Origin: a virus
Taxonomy: Duplodnaviria > Caudoviricetes
Direction: 5' to 3' (one strand)
Length of the DNA stretch: 64,000 nucleotides
Virus record (IMG/VR): IMGVR_UViG_3300024270_000002
Shown piece after piece: positions 36,872 through 45,815 of the stretch; positions within the stretch are counted from its first letter, which is position 1; every line of letters begins with the position of its first letter. The translations under genes and the position numbers were made by a program. The notes under the pieces were generated by a model, which had not been told where the DNA came from, ran no database searches, and saw only the letters and a program-made list of their open reading frames with translations.

Positions 36872-36893
36872 AATTATGCGGAGGAGAAAAGTT

Positions 36894-37271
36894 ATGGCAC
36901 TTGATATTGATGAGATTATAGTTAATTATAATAAGGGAGTATATACTTATAAAGCAGATATTCCTAAAAAAGTAAAGCCGGATCATGTATTTGATGAGGA
37001 GCTTTCTGTTAAGCGTAACCGTGAGCTTGCGCAGGAGCATAATGACAACGTAGATAGACTGTGGCGAGATAAAAACAGAATTCAGCACGAGCTTGATGAG
37101 CGACTAACTTATGACGTAGTGGTTTATATGATGGAAAATTATGACCTTACCGAACGTCAGGCGAAAATTGTTGAGAATTTTGTTTATCAGCACTATCACT
37201 CTTATATGAGTGATTACTTTGGCTATATCGATACTTTTGCTGATCTTGCTAATGACCTTGTTAAGAGCTAA
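36894..37271 (+). CDS. hypothetical protein
   Basis: SD GGAGGAG, ATG 36894. Confidence 0.75.
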   Translation: MALDIDEIIVNYNKGVYTYKADIPKKVKPDHVFDEELSVKRNRELAQEHNDNVDRLWRDKNRIQHELDERLTYDVVVYMMENYDLTERQAKIVENFVYQHYHSYMSDYFGYIDTFADLANDLVKS

Positions 37272-37282
37272 GGAGGAAACAA

Positions 37283-38308
37283 ATGACTGATTTTAAAGAG
37301 ATTCTTAAAACACCTGAGTACGAATTTTTGAAAACGAATCCGCACTTGGGCCATAATATTATTTTATTGGGCCTCGGTGGAAGTCATGCATACGGAACTA
37401 ATGTAGCAGGCTCAGACATTGATATCAGAGGAATTGCGCTTAACTCTAAAGAAGAGATTCTTGGCGCGGCTAATTTTGAACAGGTAGTTAATAATGAGAC
37501 TGACACTACAGTTTATTCATTGAGAAAGATTGTTTCTTTGCTTACTTCCTGTAATCCTAATACTATTGAGTTGTTGGGGCTGAAACAAGAACACTATTTG
37601 TATCTTTCATCTATCGGCCAGGAACTTCTCGATAATAAGAAGCTTTTCCTTTCAAAGAGGGCTAAGTATTCTTTCGGCGGATATGCCTTTAGCCAGCTGC
37701 GTAGACTTAATAATAAGGCAGCAAGAACAATTGCGCAGGCAGACAGAGAGCAGCATATCCTTAATAGTATTACGGCAGCTACTTATGTTTGGCCTGATAA
37801 ATATGGCTGTTTTAAGACCGGTGAGGGAGTAAAACTTTATCTTGATGACTCTGAGCAAAACGACATGGATAAAGAAATTTATATGGATATTTTCCTTACA
37901 CACTACCCGCTCAGAGATTATAAAGCAATGTGGGCAGACATGAAAAATATTATCTCTGACTATGATAAAATCGGGCATAGAAATCAGAACGCGATCGAGC
38001 GAGGAAAGCTTGGAAAGCATATGATGCATCTTGTAAGACTTTACTTGATGTGCCTTGATATTCTTGAAAAGGAAGAAATTAATACATATAGAGAAAATGA
38101 TATTCCTTTCTTGCTTGATATTCGTAATGGTAAATTTCTAGATAAGGATTCTCAGCCGCTTCCTGAATTTTATGATATGGTAAATGAGTATGAGAAACGC
38201 CTTGAGTATGCTGCTGAAAATACTTCTCTTCCAGAGAAGCCTGACTACGATGCAATTAATGAATTTCTTATGAGTGTTAATGAAAGGGTTGTTAAAGGTT
38301 TAGTATGA
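37283..38308 (+). CDS. Pol-beta-superfamily nucleotidyltransferase (YcgL/RlaP-like)
   Basis: GGSHAYGTN..SDIDIRG; NPN..E; KHMMHLVRL. Confidence 0.85.
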   Translation: MTDFKEILKTPEYEFLKTNPHLGHNIILLGLGGSHAYGTNVAGSDIDIRGIALNSKEEILGAANFEQVVNNETDTTVYSLRKIVSLLTSCNPNTIELLGLKQEHYLYLSSIGQELLDNKKLFLSKRAKYSFGGYAFSQLRRLNNKAARTIAQADREQHILNSITAATYVWPDKYGCFKTGEGVKLYLDDSEQNDMDKEIYMDIFLTHYPLRDYKAMWADMKNIISDYDKIGHRNQNAIERGKLGKHMMHLVRLYLMCLDILEKEEINTYRENDIPFLLDIRNGKFLDKDSQPLPEFYDMVNEYEKRLEYAAENTSLPEKPDYDAINEFLMSVNERVVKGLV

Positions 38309-38703
38309 AAAAGTTATTTGTGAGTGTGCCAATGAAAGGCCGCACTGAAGAAGAAATTAAGTATAGTATTGCAAAAATGCACCGTATTGCAGAAGCTTAC
38401 GAAGGTGAAGAGCTGGAGCTAATTGACTCTTGGGTGGATGAAGCTCCGCCTGCAGACTGTAATAGAAGTGCTTGGTATCTTGGAAAGTCTATTGAGAAAC
38501 TAGCTACGGCAGATGTGTTTATCGGAGTTAGTGATCTCAGCGGTTGGCCTGGCTGTAAAATTGAGTCTGACGTTGCCAGAGCTTATGATGTTAAAAGTTA
38601 TAGCGTGGATACTAAAATTGTTGTTGACTATGGTCCAATAGTACAAAGAGCTTTTCTGAATGCTACTTATAATACTATTAATAATGAAAGGAATAACGTA
38701 TAA
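38305..38703 (+). CDS. nucleoside-deoxyribosyltransferase-like protein (DUF4406-like)
   Basis: LFVSVPMKG...ADVFI...W.GCKIE..VA. Confidence 0.65.
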   Translation: MKKLFVSVPMKGRTEEEIKYSIAKMHRIAEAYEGEELELIDSWVDEAPPADCNRSAWYLGKSIEKLATADVFIGVSDLSGWPGCKIESDVARAYDVKSYSVDTKIVVDYGPIVQRAFLNATYNTINNERNNV

Positions 38704-39332
38704 TGATTGAGTATAATAAGATTGATACTCTCTATAAGAGAGATATGGAGGGCTCCAAGAAGCTTCTTGAGGGCGAGTTTAGAAACCCTACAGTAGAGTT
38801 TTTGAAGGATAATATTTGGACATTTACCGAGAAGGTAGATGGAACAAATATCCGCGTATATTGGGATGGACATAAGGTACAGTTTGGCGGGCGTACCGAA
38901 AGAGCTCAGATTCCGTCTGACCTTGTGAATTATCTTAATTCTGTTTTCGGCACAAATGAGGCTGAGCAGATTTTTGAAGAGAAGTTCGGTGAGACTGAGG
39001 TAATTCTTTTTGGTGAGGGTTATGGTCCTAAGATTCAGAATGGCGGCCTTTATAGAAATGATGTAAGCTTTATCATGTTTGATGTGCTTATTGCCGGCAA
39101 CTACCAGCCCAGAGAGTCTGTTGAGGATATTGCAAAGGCCTTTGGTATTGATATCGTTCCTATTATCTTTGAGGGCACTATTCAGGAAGGTGTTGACTTT
39201 GTAAAGGGTCATCCTGACTCTACTATTGGAACTGCAAAAATGGAAGGTCTCGTAGGTCGCCCAAAGATAGAAATGAGAGATCGCTGCGGTAAGCGAGTTA
39301 TTGTAAAGATTAAGTGGGAAGATTTTAAGTAA
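38703..39332 (+). CDS. RNA ligase (minimal Rnl2-like family)
   Basis: EKVDGTN, LFGE, FDV, EGLV, IVKIK. Confidence 0.85.
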   Translation: MIEYNKIDTLYKRDMEGSKKLLEGEFRNPTVEFLKDNIWTFTEKVDGTNIRVYWDGHKVQFGGRTERAQIPSDLVNYLNSVFGTNEAEQIFEEKFGETEVILFGEGYGPKIQNGGLYRNDVSFIMFDVLIAGNYQPRESVEDIAKAFGIDIVPIIFEGTIQEGVDFVKGHPDSTIGTAKMEGLVGRPKIEMRDRCGKRVIVKIKWEDFK

Positions 39333-39345
39333 ATTGTGCATAATT

Positions 39346-39375
39346 GAGCGTGGTAGAAATTACTGCGCTCTTTTT
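39346..39375 (+). terminator. intrinsic terminator
   Basis: GAGCGTGGTA-gaaat-TACTGCGCTC plus T5. Confidence 0.8.
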
Positions 39376-39433
39376 GTAAAATTAGCAGCTTACCTACTGT
39401 ATAATATTTAAGAAAAAGAAGGTGAGGTAAGAA

Positions 39434-40258
39434 ATGATGCTAAAAAGAAATACTAATTTAATTGTTAAGTTACTGCTAATTGTTATTTTTGTCGGTCTAC
39501 TTGTAGTTATTTTTGTTATAGCTGGCAATATGGAAACAGCTAATAGTGCTTCTATTAAAGTACCTGCCAGAGAGACGCAGAGAAAAGTACTTATTGATTC
39601 GCCTAAGCTTTACACAGAATTGGATTATGTCTGTTACTTTGACCCAGAACCTACGGAAGAATACCTAAGTAAAGTTCGGGCTAGTATTTGTAAACTTGAG
39701 AGTATAAATAAAGATGCTTATACAACTAAAGCGCGTAATGCAATGGCAAAAGAACTAGTTAGACTAAAAGGCATAGAAACGAGAATGGCTTCCGACTTGA
39801 CTAAATATTTAAAGTGGGAAGAAGAACATTACTACGCAGCTAAAACTTGGGAGTTTTTAAGACAAAGAGATTTTAGCCAAGAAGTGACCTGCGGTATTAT
39901 TGGCAATATGATGATAGAAACTTCAGGAGGCAGTTTAAATCTTAAACCTGAAATATATAGCCCGAGCGGCAACTACTATGGTTTATGCCAATGGTCTCGT
40001 AAATACTATCCTGAAGCTCATGGTCTTGCTTTTGAGCATCAGTTGGATTACTTACTCGGTAGCATGCAATGGGAATTTAATACTTTTGGTAAAAATTATG
40101 AGAACGGTTTTAAATATGACGACTTTCTAAAAATGACAGATTCTGCTGAAGCTGCACTTGCTTTTGCCAAGTCTTATGAAAGATGTGGGCCTGCTAGTTA
40201 TGAAATGCGTCAGAAGGCGGCAGTCAAAGCCTATGAATATTTTGACCTAAACTCTTAA
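39434..40258 (+). CDS. membrane-anchored phage-tail-lysozyme-domain protein
   Basis: N-terminal TM; GIIGNMMIETS...YGLCQW...QLDY...FAKSYER. Confidence 0.8.
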   Translation: MMLKRNTNLIVKLLLIVIFVGLLVVIFVIAGNMETANSASIKVPARETQRKVLIDSPKLYTELDYVCYFDPEPTEEYLSKVRASICKLESINKDAYTTKARNAMAKELVRLKGIETRMASDLTKYLKWEEEHYYAAKTWEFLRQRDFSQEVTCGIIGNMMIETSGGSLNLKPEIYSPSGNYYGLCQWSRKYYPEAHGLAFEHQLDYLLGSMQWEFNTFGKNYENGFKYDDFLKMTDSAEAALAFAKSYERCGPASYEMRQKAAVKAYEYFDLNS

Positions 40259-40262
40259 AAAT

Positions 40263-40299
40263 AAAGTACTCTATTTTTATAGGGTACTTTTATTATTTT
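40263..40299 (+). terminator. intrinsic terminator
   Basis: AAAGTACTCTA/TAGGGTACTTT plus T-rich tail. Confidence 0.75.
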
Positions 40300-40334
40300 A
40301 TTATTGTATTATATATTGTATATAACTATAATTT

Positions 40335-40703
40335 ATGGAGGATTTAACCTTGATTTATACGTCTTATTTTTCATCGCGTAAGTACAAGACCGAAGATGGC
40401 GTGGCTATAGCAAGATGGTGTAGCTTTTGGTCTGGATCTAAGTTTTCTGCTCTTGCACCCAGTGAGGAGCTTCTCGAGTGGTGGAAAAGTCTTCCATTTA
40501 AAGATCGAGAAAAGGCAGAACCTAAGTGGCATTATGAAAAGCTATATAGAAAACAGACTTTGAGTAAACTTGATCCGAAAGAAGTCGCAAGGCTTCTTGA
40601 GGGTAAGACTCTTCTTTGTTTTGAAAAGTCTGAGGATTTCTGTCATCGACACATTGTTGCTAAGTGGCTACAAGAGGCCGGCTTTGAGTGTGAGGAACTA
40701 TAA
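40335..40703 (+). CDS. DUF488-like protein (start may be TTG 40350)
   Basis: IYTSYF, LAPS, LLCFEK..FCHR. Confidence 0.75.
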   Translation: MEDLTLIYTSYFSSRKYKTEDGVAIARWCSFWSGSKFSALAPSEELLEWWKSLPFKDREKAEPKWHYEKLYRKQTLSKLDPKEVARLLEGKTLLCFEKSEDFCHRHIVAKWLQEAGFECEEL

Positions 40704-40750
40704 TGTAGCCTACCTGTCGTTTATGTAATCATTAACTTACTAAATTTATT

Positions 40751-40760
40751 TGCTAAATTA
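40751..40760 (+). promoter_or_regulatory. putative late promoter TGCTAAATTA within an RBS-masking hairpin
   Basis: Recurrent motif; 40744-40754 can pair with 40783-40793. Confidence 0.7.
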
Positions 40761-40791
40761 AATAGAAATATGTTTAAATTGGAGTAAATAA

Positions 40792-41688
40792 ATGATTGGT
40801 TATATATACTTGACTACAAATAAATTAGATGGTATGCGTTATATAGGTAAACATCATGCAACAGCCTTTGAGCCAGAAAAGTACTTAGGTTCAAATAAGC
40901 ATTTACAGGCATCAATTAAAAAGCATGGTCGTCATAATTTTGACTGTAAATTATTACAAGAATGTTTTACAGATGGCGAATTAAATTGCGCTGAAAAAGC
41001 TTGGATTGATAAATACGATGCAGTAAATTCTCCACTATTCTACAATATCGCAGAAGGCGGTGAGGGTGGACGTGTGATGCTCAATCGAATAGCGATAAAT
41101 AATGGCTTAGTTGAAAAACGTATACTTAAAGACGAGCATATCCCAGATGGCTTTGCTTTAGGTGGTTTAAAACGTAAGGGTGGAGAAAAAGTAAGCGCCG
41201 CCAAAAAAGGCAAACCTAGCAAGAGTCGTGGAAAGCAGTGGTTTAATAACGGCATCGAGCAGACTATGGCTGATTGTTGCCCGGTAGGCTGGGTAGCAGG
41301 AAGATTGGATAATTTTTGTTCAAACAAAGAAAAAGAATTATATAATAATGGCATGGAACAAAAATTTTTTTCTGTCTCCGATGAAATACCTGAGGGTTGG
41401 ATAAAGGGAGCCCTTCAAGGGTTAGTTGTTTCTAATACAAAAGGCAGAGTTGCATACAATAATGGGTCTAAACATATCTATTTAAAAGTTGGTGAAGTTC
41501 CGCCCGAGGGCTTTGTACGTGGCTATTCCGCTGAACGCAAAAAAATAAATAGCAGCTCTGCTAGTCGATACAGTATAGGTAAGCATTGGTATAATAATGG
41601 AGTAGAACAACGCTATTTCACTGAGGGCGATACCATACCGGAGGGTTGGAAACCTGGCTGCTGCAAGACTAAAGTTAATAAAATCTAA
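40792..41688 (+). CDS. free-standing GIY-YIG (Seg-like) homing endonuclease
   Basis: GYIYLTTN...YIGKH...YLGS...E...FYN; five NNG...PxG(W/F) repeats. Confidence 0.85.
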   Translation: MIGYIYLTTNKLDGMRYIGKHHATAFEPEKYLGSNKHLQASIKKHGRHNFDCKLLQECFTDGELNCAEKAWIDKYDAVNSPLFYNIAEGGEGGRVMLNRIAINNGLVEKRILKDEHIPDGFALGGLKRKGGEKVSAAKKGKPSKSRGKQWFNNGIEQTMADCCPVGWVAGRLDNFCSNKEKELYNNGMEQKFFSVSDEIPEGWIKGALQGLVVSNTKGRVAYNNGSKHIYLKVGEVPPEGFVRGYSAERKKINSSSASRYSIGKHWYNNGVEQRYFTEGDTIPEGWKPGCCKTKVNKI

Positions 41689-41714
41689 TTAAACTTATAT
41701 TTATGGAGTTATTT

Positions 41715-42113
41715 ATGCCAAAAAGAAAATCATTGTCACCGAAAGTACGCGAGGCAGTTTATCAGAAATATGACGGGCACTGCGCTTATTGCGGAAAGAA
41801 ATTAACTTATAAAGAGTTTCAGGTAGATCATCTTATTCCAGTACAGAGAGAAAGGTTTGGAAAATATATCGAAGAGCAACTTGAGAGATTCGAAAATTAT
41901 ATGCCGACAGATAGAGTTTGTAATCATTACAAACGTGCGCACTCCCTAGAAACTTTTAGAAGATATATAGAAGAGATTCCTATGAAGCTTGAGAGGGATA
42001 ATTATATTTATAGGATAGGTAAAAAGTATAACCTTATTGAAGAGCACCCGCGAAAAATTGAGTTTTATTTTGAGCAAGTTGAACGCGAAAAGAATAACCA
42101 CATAATAGAATAA
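41715..42113 (+). CDS. HNH endonuclease
   Basis: CAYCG...VDHLIP...N..P..R.CNHYK. Confidence 0.85.
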   Translation: MPKRKSLSPKVREAVYQKYDGHCAYCGKKLTYKEFQVDHLIPVQRERFGKYIEEQLERFENYMPTDRVCNHYKRAHSLETFRRYIEEIPMKLERDNYIYRIGKKYNLIEEHPRKIEFYFEQVEREKNNHIIE

Positions 42114-42132
42114 AAATTGTACTAAAATTAAC

Positions 42133-42142
42133 TGCTAAATTA
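42133..42142 (+). promoter_or_regulatory. putative late promoter TGCTAAATTA
   Basis: Recurrent motif. Confidence 0.7.
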
Positions 42143-42178
42143 TTTGATAAAAACTCTTATGAAAGGAGTTACTTTTAG

Positions 42179-42973
42179 ATGAATATGTTTCGTACTTTTA
42201 TGGAATTGGATGAAGCTTATAATGATAGGCAGTTTCATATAGACGAACTTAAAAAGGCCGGTAAAAATTATAATTTTAATAAATATACTGATGCACAACT
42301 CTATCGTATGTGGCAAAGACTTCAAAAACCTACTTGTGCTGTTAAAGAGCCTGAGCATGAGCTAGATCTTGACTTTGATACAAAAGAGCCAGAATACTGC
42401 GAGTGCGGCGTAAGATTAACCGATTTCGGTCAATGCCCAGTATGTGATCTTGGCGAAGAAGACTTAAAGGAAGATCTTCAATATTGCTGGTTCGGCTATT
42501 ACTTAGATAAAGACGGTAAAAAGAAAATTATTTATGCTCCACAGGATGCTACTTCTCACGACCCTGACGAAGGTGCTGAAAAGTTAGAATATATGATTCC
42601 TGAGCCCTATACCAAGTTTGTATTTAGAGGAAATATTGATAATCGCACAGCAGAAAGACAAGGTTGGACTTTAGTTGAGTGGGTATCTACTTCTGGAAAA
42701 CAAGTAAGTTTAAATAATACTTCTACAGGTCATCCAGCCCAGGCTCAAACACAACAGACACCTAAGCCACACTTACCTAGTGGAAGATATGCTGTAAGAA
42801 TTGTGTCATACCATGGTAGACTAAGAGCACTCGGTACTGATGGTGTGCACCCTGCGGCTTGGGTAGCTTTTCCGAATGACCTAAGACAGTTTGATGGTCA
42901 GCAGTATGAGGTTGATCAGCTTATTTGGAATGGAAAAAATTATCGAGTTGCTGGTAATATTGTAGAAATCTAA
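42179..42973 (+). CDS. multi-segment hypothetical protein, candidate capsid-internal protein
   Basis: Leader FRTFMELDEAY; zinc ribbon; LKE/LVE at segment borders. Confidence 0.75.
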   Translation: MNMFRTFMELDEAYNDRQFHIDELKKAGKNYNFNKYTDAQLYRMWQRLQKPTCAVKEPEHELDLDFDTKEPEYCECGVRLTDFGQCPVCDLGEEDLKEDLQYCWFGYYLDKDGKKKIIYAPQDATSHDPDEGAEKLEYMIPEPYTKFVFRGNIDNRTAERQGWTLVEWVSTSGKQVSLNNTSTGHPAQAQTQQTPKPHLPSGRYAVRIVSYHGRLRALGTDGVHPAAWVAFPNDLRQFDGQQYEVDQLIWNGKNYRVAGNIVEI

Positions 42974-43028
42974 AGTGTAGAATAATACACAAAAATATAA
43001 ATTAAAAATTAATAAGGAGATTTACAAA

Positions 43029-43640
43029 ATGAATAATTTTAATAGTGTTTTTGAGGAGCTCAGTAAGCTTTACGAGGAAGAAGTCCGCGAAGAAGCCGCA
43101 GCAGAAGAAAAGGTTGATGAAGCTTGTAAAGAAGAGCTTACCGAAGCTGCTGATGATGTTGTAGTAGAGGATGATGCTCCCGTAGACGAAGTTCCTGCAG
43201 AAGAACCCGCTGTAGAAGAAGAGCCTAGACAGATTATTTGTGAGTGTGATAAATGTGGTGCTCTTATAATCAAGGACGAGGCTGATATTGTTGTAGATGA
43301 AGAGACTGACCTCGTAAATGTAGAGGACGAGTGTGCTTTCTGCGAGGAAGCTAACGGCTATAAGATTGTTGGCGTAGTTGCTCCATATGAAGCAGTAGAA
43401 GCCGAAACGCCTATCGAAGAGCCTGTAGCAGATGATGCAGATATTGTTGAGGAAGGCTTAGGTGACGTTTATCGTAAGACTTTTGATAGACCTGCATCTA
43501 TTAAAACTCAGCAGTATTGGGAAGCCGAACTTAACGGTGAATTTGGTGAAATCAGTGACGAGCGTAGAGCTGAGCTTGAAAAGAAATTTGCACAGCAAAG
43601 AGACTGGGAAGAAAGACATCCTGGCAAAGAAGTTAGATAA
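43029..43640 (+). CDS. highly acidic protein with zinc ribbon, candidate capsid-internal protein
   Basis: Leader FNSVFEELSKLYEE; CDKC...CAFC. Confidence 0.75.
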   Translation: MNNFNSVFEELSKLYEEEVREEAAAEEKVDEACKEELTEAADDVVVEDDAPVDEVPAEEPAVEEEPRQIICECDKCGALIIKDEADIVVDEETDLVNVEDECAFCEEANGYKIVGVVAPYEAVEAETPIEEPVADDADIVEEGLGDVYRKTFDRPASIKTQQYWEAELNGEFGEISDERRAELEKKFAQQRDWEERHPGKEVR

Positions 43641-43650
43641 TCTTTATAAG

Positions 43651-43685
43651 TAAAGACTAGTGTAAAAGCTAGTCTTTATTCTTTA
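43651..43685 (+). terminator. intrinsic terminator
   Basis: TAAAGACTAG/CTAGTCTTTA plus TTCTTT. Confidence 0.75.
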
Positions 43686-43748
43686 TGTGGTCAAAAATAT
43701 CACTTGTTATATTGTATATTATAATATATAAAAACAAAGGAGATTGTT

Positions 43749-44156
43749 ATGGCTAATTATATGTTTGTTTTGCATCCGATCGAAAGTAAGATTAAGACAG
43801 TTTGTTTGGCATGCGCGAAGCGTGGTGAGGTAGTAGATTCTTGTCAGTTTTGTCATGGTAATGGTATTATTACGAAAGCTATGACTCAATACGGAGTAAA
43901 AGAAAGACCTATCCGCATTGATAAGATTGATAGAGATCCTGAAACCGGCATTTTGCGTTATTGGGAAAATTCTTGTGAGTTTTTTTATGAAACCGCTTAC
44001 CCAGAGCTAAACAAGTATGTTCCTAATGTACCGCACGGTATTCATTTTTGTCATGATGATATGAAATCCGCTATGACTGAGCGAGATAGAATTAACAAGT
44101 ATCTTAAGACAGAGGCGAAAGAATCTTTTGAAACTGTTCGATTTGAGCCTGTTTAA
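43749..44156 (+). CDS. hypothetical protein with DnaJ-type CxxCxGxG zinc motif
   Basis: CLAC..RG, CQFCHGNG. Confidence 0.75.
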   Translation: MANYMFVLHPIESKIKTVCLACAKRGEVVDSCQFCHGNGIITKAMTQYGVKERPIRIDKIDRDPETGILRYWENSCEFFYETAYPELNKYVPNVPHGIHFCHDDMKSAMTERDRINKYLKTEAKESFETVRFEPV

Positions 44157-44168
44157 TACGAGGTACTT

Positions 44169-44339
44169 ATGGATATTAAGTATTGTGATAATCAATGTAA
44201 CGTTGGCATAAAAGCTCGCGATAAATTCTTAGCAGAAAACAATTCAGCATATGATGCTGCTTTTGATTTTTTATATTTTGTAGAGAATTGTTTTAAAACA
44301 TGCCCATATAAAGACGAACATAAGAAGGAGAATTTATAA
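44169..44339 (+). CDS. small hypothetical protein (56 aa, not in ORF track)
   Basis: SD GAGGT; TAATG coupling to next gene. Confidence 0.65.
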   Translation: MDIKYCDNQCNVGIKARDKFLAENNSAYDAAFDFLYFVENCFKTCPYKDEHKKENL

Positions 44340-44869
44340 TGAAAGTTTGTTGTATTAGTGCAAAAGCACAACATGGAAAAGATACCGCAGCAGAGCTGCT
44401 TAAGGAGTACCTTGAGTACAGAGGTCAGAGAGTTATTGTAACCCATTTTGCGGATTTGCTCAAGTTTATTTGCACGAAATATTTTGGTTGGGATGGAAAT
44501 AAAGACTCTACCGGTAGAACACTTTTACAATATATTGGTACCGACGTTGTTGGCGCGAAGAATCCTGCTTACTGGGCAGAATTTGTTGTAAGTATTCTTA
44601 AGATGTTTGAAAATAATTGGGATTACGTACTTATTCCCGACTGCCGTTACCCTATTGAAGTATCAACCATGAAGGATAGTTTTAAGACTACTGTGCTTAG
44701 AGTGGAAAGACCTAATTTTGATAACGGTTTAACTGAAGCACAAAAGAGCCATCCTTCTGAAGTTGACATGGATAATTATGACTTTGATGTAGTACTGCTT
44801 AATAACGGAGGCCTTGAACATTTTAAAGACAAAATGCAGTGGTTTGCAGATAGTTTCTTGCTTAATTAA
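44339..44869 (+). CDS. deoxynucleoside monophosphate kinase
   Basis: SAKAQHGKDT, FADLLK, RTLLQYIGT, IPDCRYPIE, HPSE. Confidence 0.85.
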   Translation: MKVCCISAKAQHGKDTAAELLKEYLEYRGQRVIVTHFADLLKFICTKYFGWDGNKDSTGRTLLQYIGTDVVGAKNPAYWAEFVVSILKMFENNWDYVLIPDCRYPIEVSTMKDSFKTTVLRVERPNFDNGLTEAQKSHPSEVDMDNYDFDVVLLNNGGLEHFKDKMQWFADSFLLN

Positions 44870-44888
44870 TACACTTATAAAATTATTT

Positions 44889-44925
44889 TAGGATATGCCG
44901 TAAAGGTATATCCTATTTTTGTTTT
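44889..44925 (+). terminator. intrinsic terminator ending the early/middle region
   Basis: TAGGATATGCC/GGTATATCCTA plus T tract. Confidence 0.8.
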
Positions 44926-44940
44926 ATTTATAAATAAAAT

Positions 44941-44950
44941 TGCTAAATTA
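44941..44950 (+). promoter_or_regulatory. putative late promoter TGCTAAATTA
   Basis: Heads the structural operon. Confidence 0.75.
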
Positions 44951-44987
44951 TTTGATATAAAATTTTTAGTTTGGAGGAACGACGAGA

Positions 44988-45500
44988 GTGTTTAGCTATT
45001 GTACAAATTATACCGCAACAATGCCAGATATAACAGTATATATGAACTGTGATACCAGGCTTGCCATAAACTTAGCAAGATTTAATTTGGGCGACAACGA
45101 TGAATTTATTTTTGCAATAAAAAATTATAGCTATATAGATTCGCCGTATGTATTTTTATTTAGGGCCAGAAAATCAGATATGAATAAAGATGGTGAAGTT
45201 CTTTTTAAAATTACACCAGAGGCCTCAAAGTTTGTAAAGCCCGGTGCTTTCTATAATTTTTCAGTACTGCTAAATGCTTTTGATGTTCATGAGGATACAG
45301 AGTATAAAAAACTTACTGACAACGGAAATGTTATTATTGAGTACGGCGCACAAGATTTAGTAATACCAAGGGATAAAGCAGATGCTGAAAGCGAAATTAT
45401 TAGTGTGCGCTTAGAGCCTATCGTGAGTACTACAGACCTTAAAGCTAATAGCTTTATGGGTGAAATCGTAAAGATGCGGCTTGAGTTGTTAAAAGAGTAA
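44988..45500 (+). CDS. putative structural protein (BppU-N/Ig-like)
   Basis: GTG start with GGAGG; FKITPEAS..VKPG..YNF pattern. Confidence 0.55.
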   Translation: MFSYCTNYTATMPDITVYMNCDTRLAINLARFNLGDNDEFIFAIKNYSYIDSPYVFLFRARKSDMNKDGEVLFKITPEASKFVKPGAFYNFSVLLNAFDVHEDTEYKKLTDNGNVIIEYGAQDLVIPRDKADAESEIISVRLEPIVSTTDLKANSFMGEIVKMRLELLKE

Positions 45501-45512
45501 AGGAGTTTTATT

Positions 45513-45815
45513 ATGATTGAAGTACAAAAACAACAGCAGACCAATAACTCTATTACAGTCATAAGACCGGCTTCTAGTAAGGAATTGACTGAGTTTGAAA
45601 AAAATAAACTAGCAGAAATAGAAGAACGCGCACAGCGAAATAAAATAGAAGCTATTCGAGTTAATGGCGAAAGAGTTAAAGTAGATGAAGAGACAAAAAC
45701 AGCAGATATTAAGTTAGGTTTAGGCGATTTAGCTTTCAAAAATGTTATCTCTTCTAATGACCTTGATGGGTATTTTTTCATTAAGTGTGAGCTTGATGAA
45801 TCCACTTATTCCTAA
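45513..45815 (+). CDS. putative tail-fibre accessory protein
   Basis: KLAEIEERAQRNKIEAIRVNG...LGDLAFKN fibre-like motif. Confidence 0.6.
   Translation: MIEVQKQQQTNNSITVIRPASSKELTEFEKNKLAEIEERAQRNKIEAIRVNGERVKVDEETKTADIKLGLGDLAFKNVISSNDLDGYFFIKCELDESTYS

Noticed and set aside
40704-41714. Group I intron around the GIY-YIG gene
   Set aside because: Flanking genes are complete and the flanks (<90 nt) are too short for an intron core; treated as free-standing
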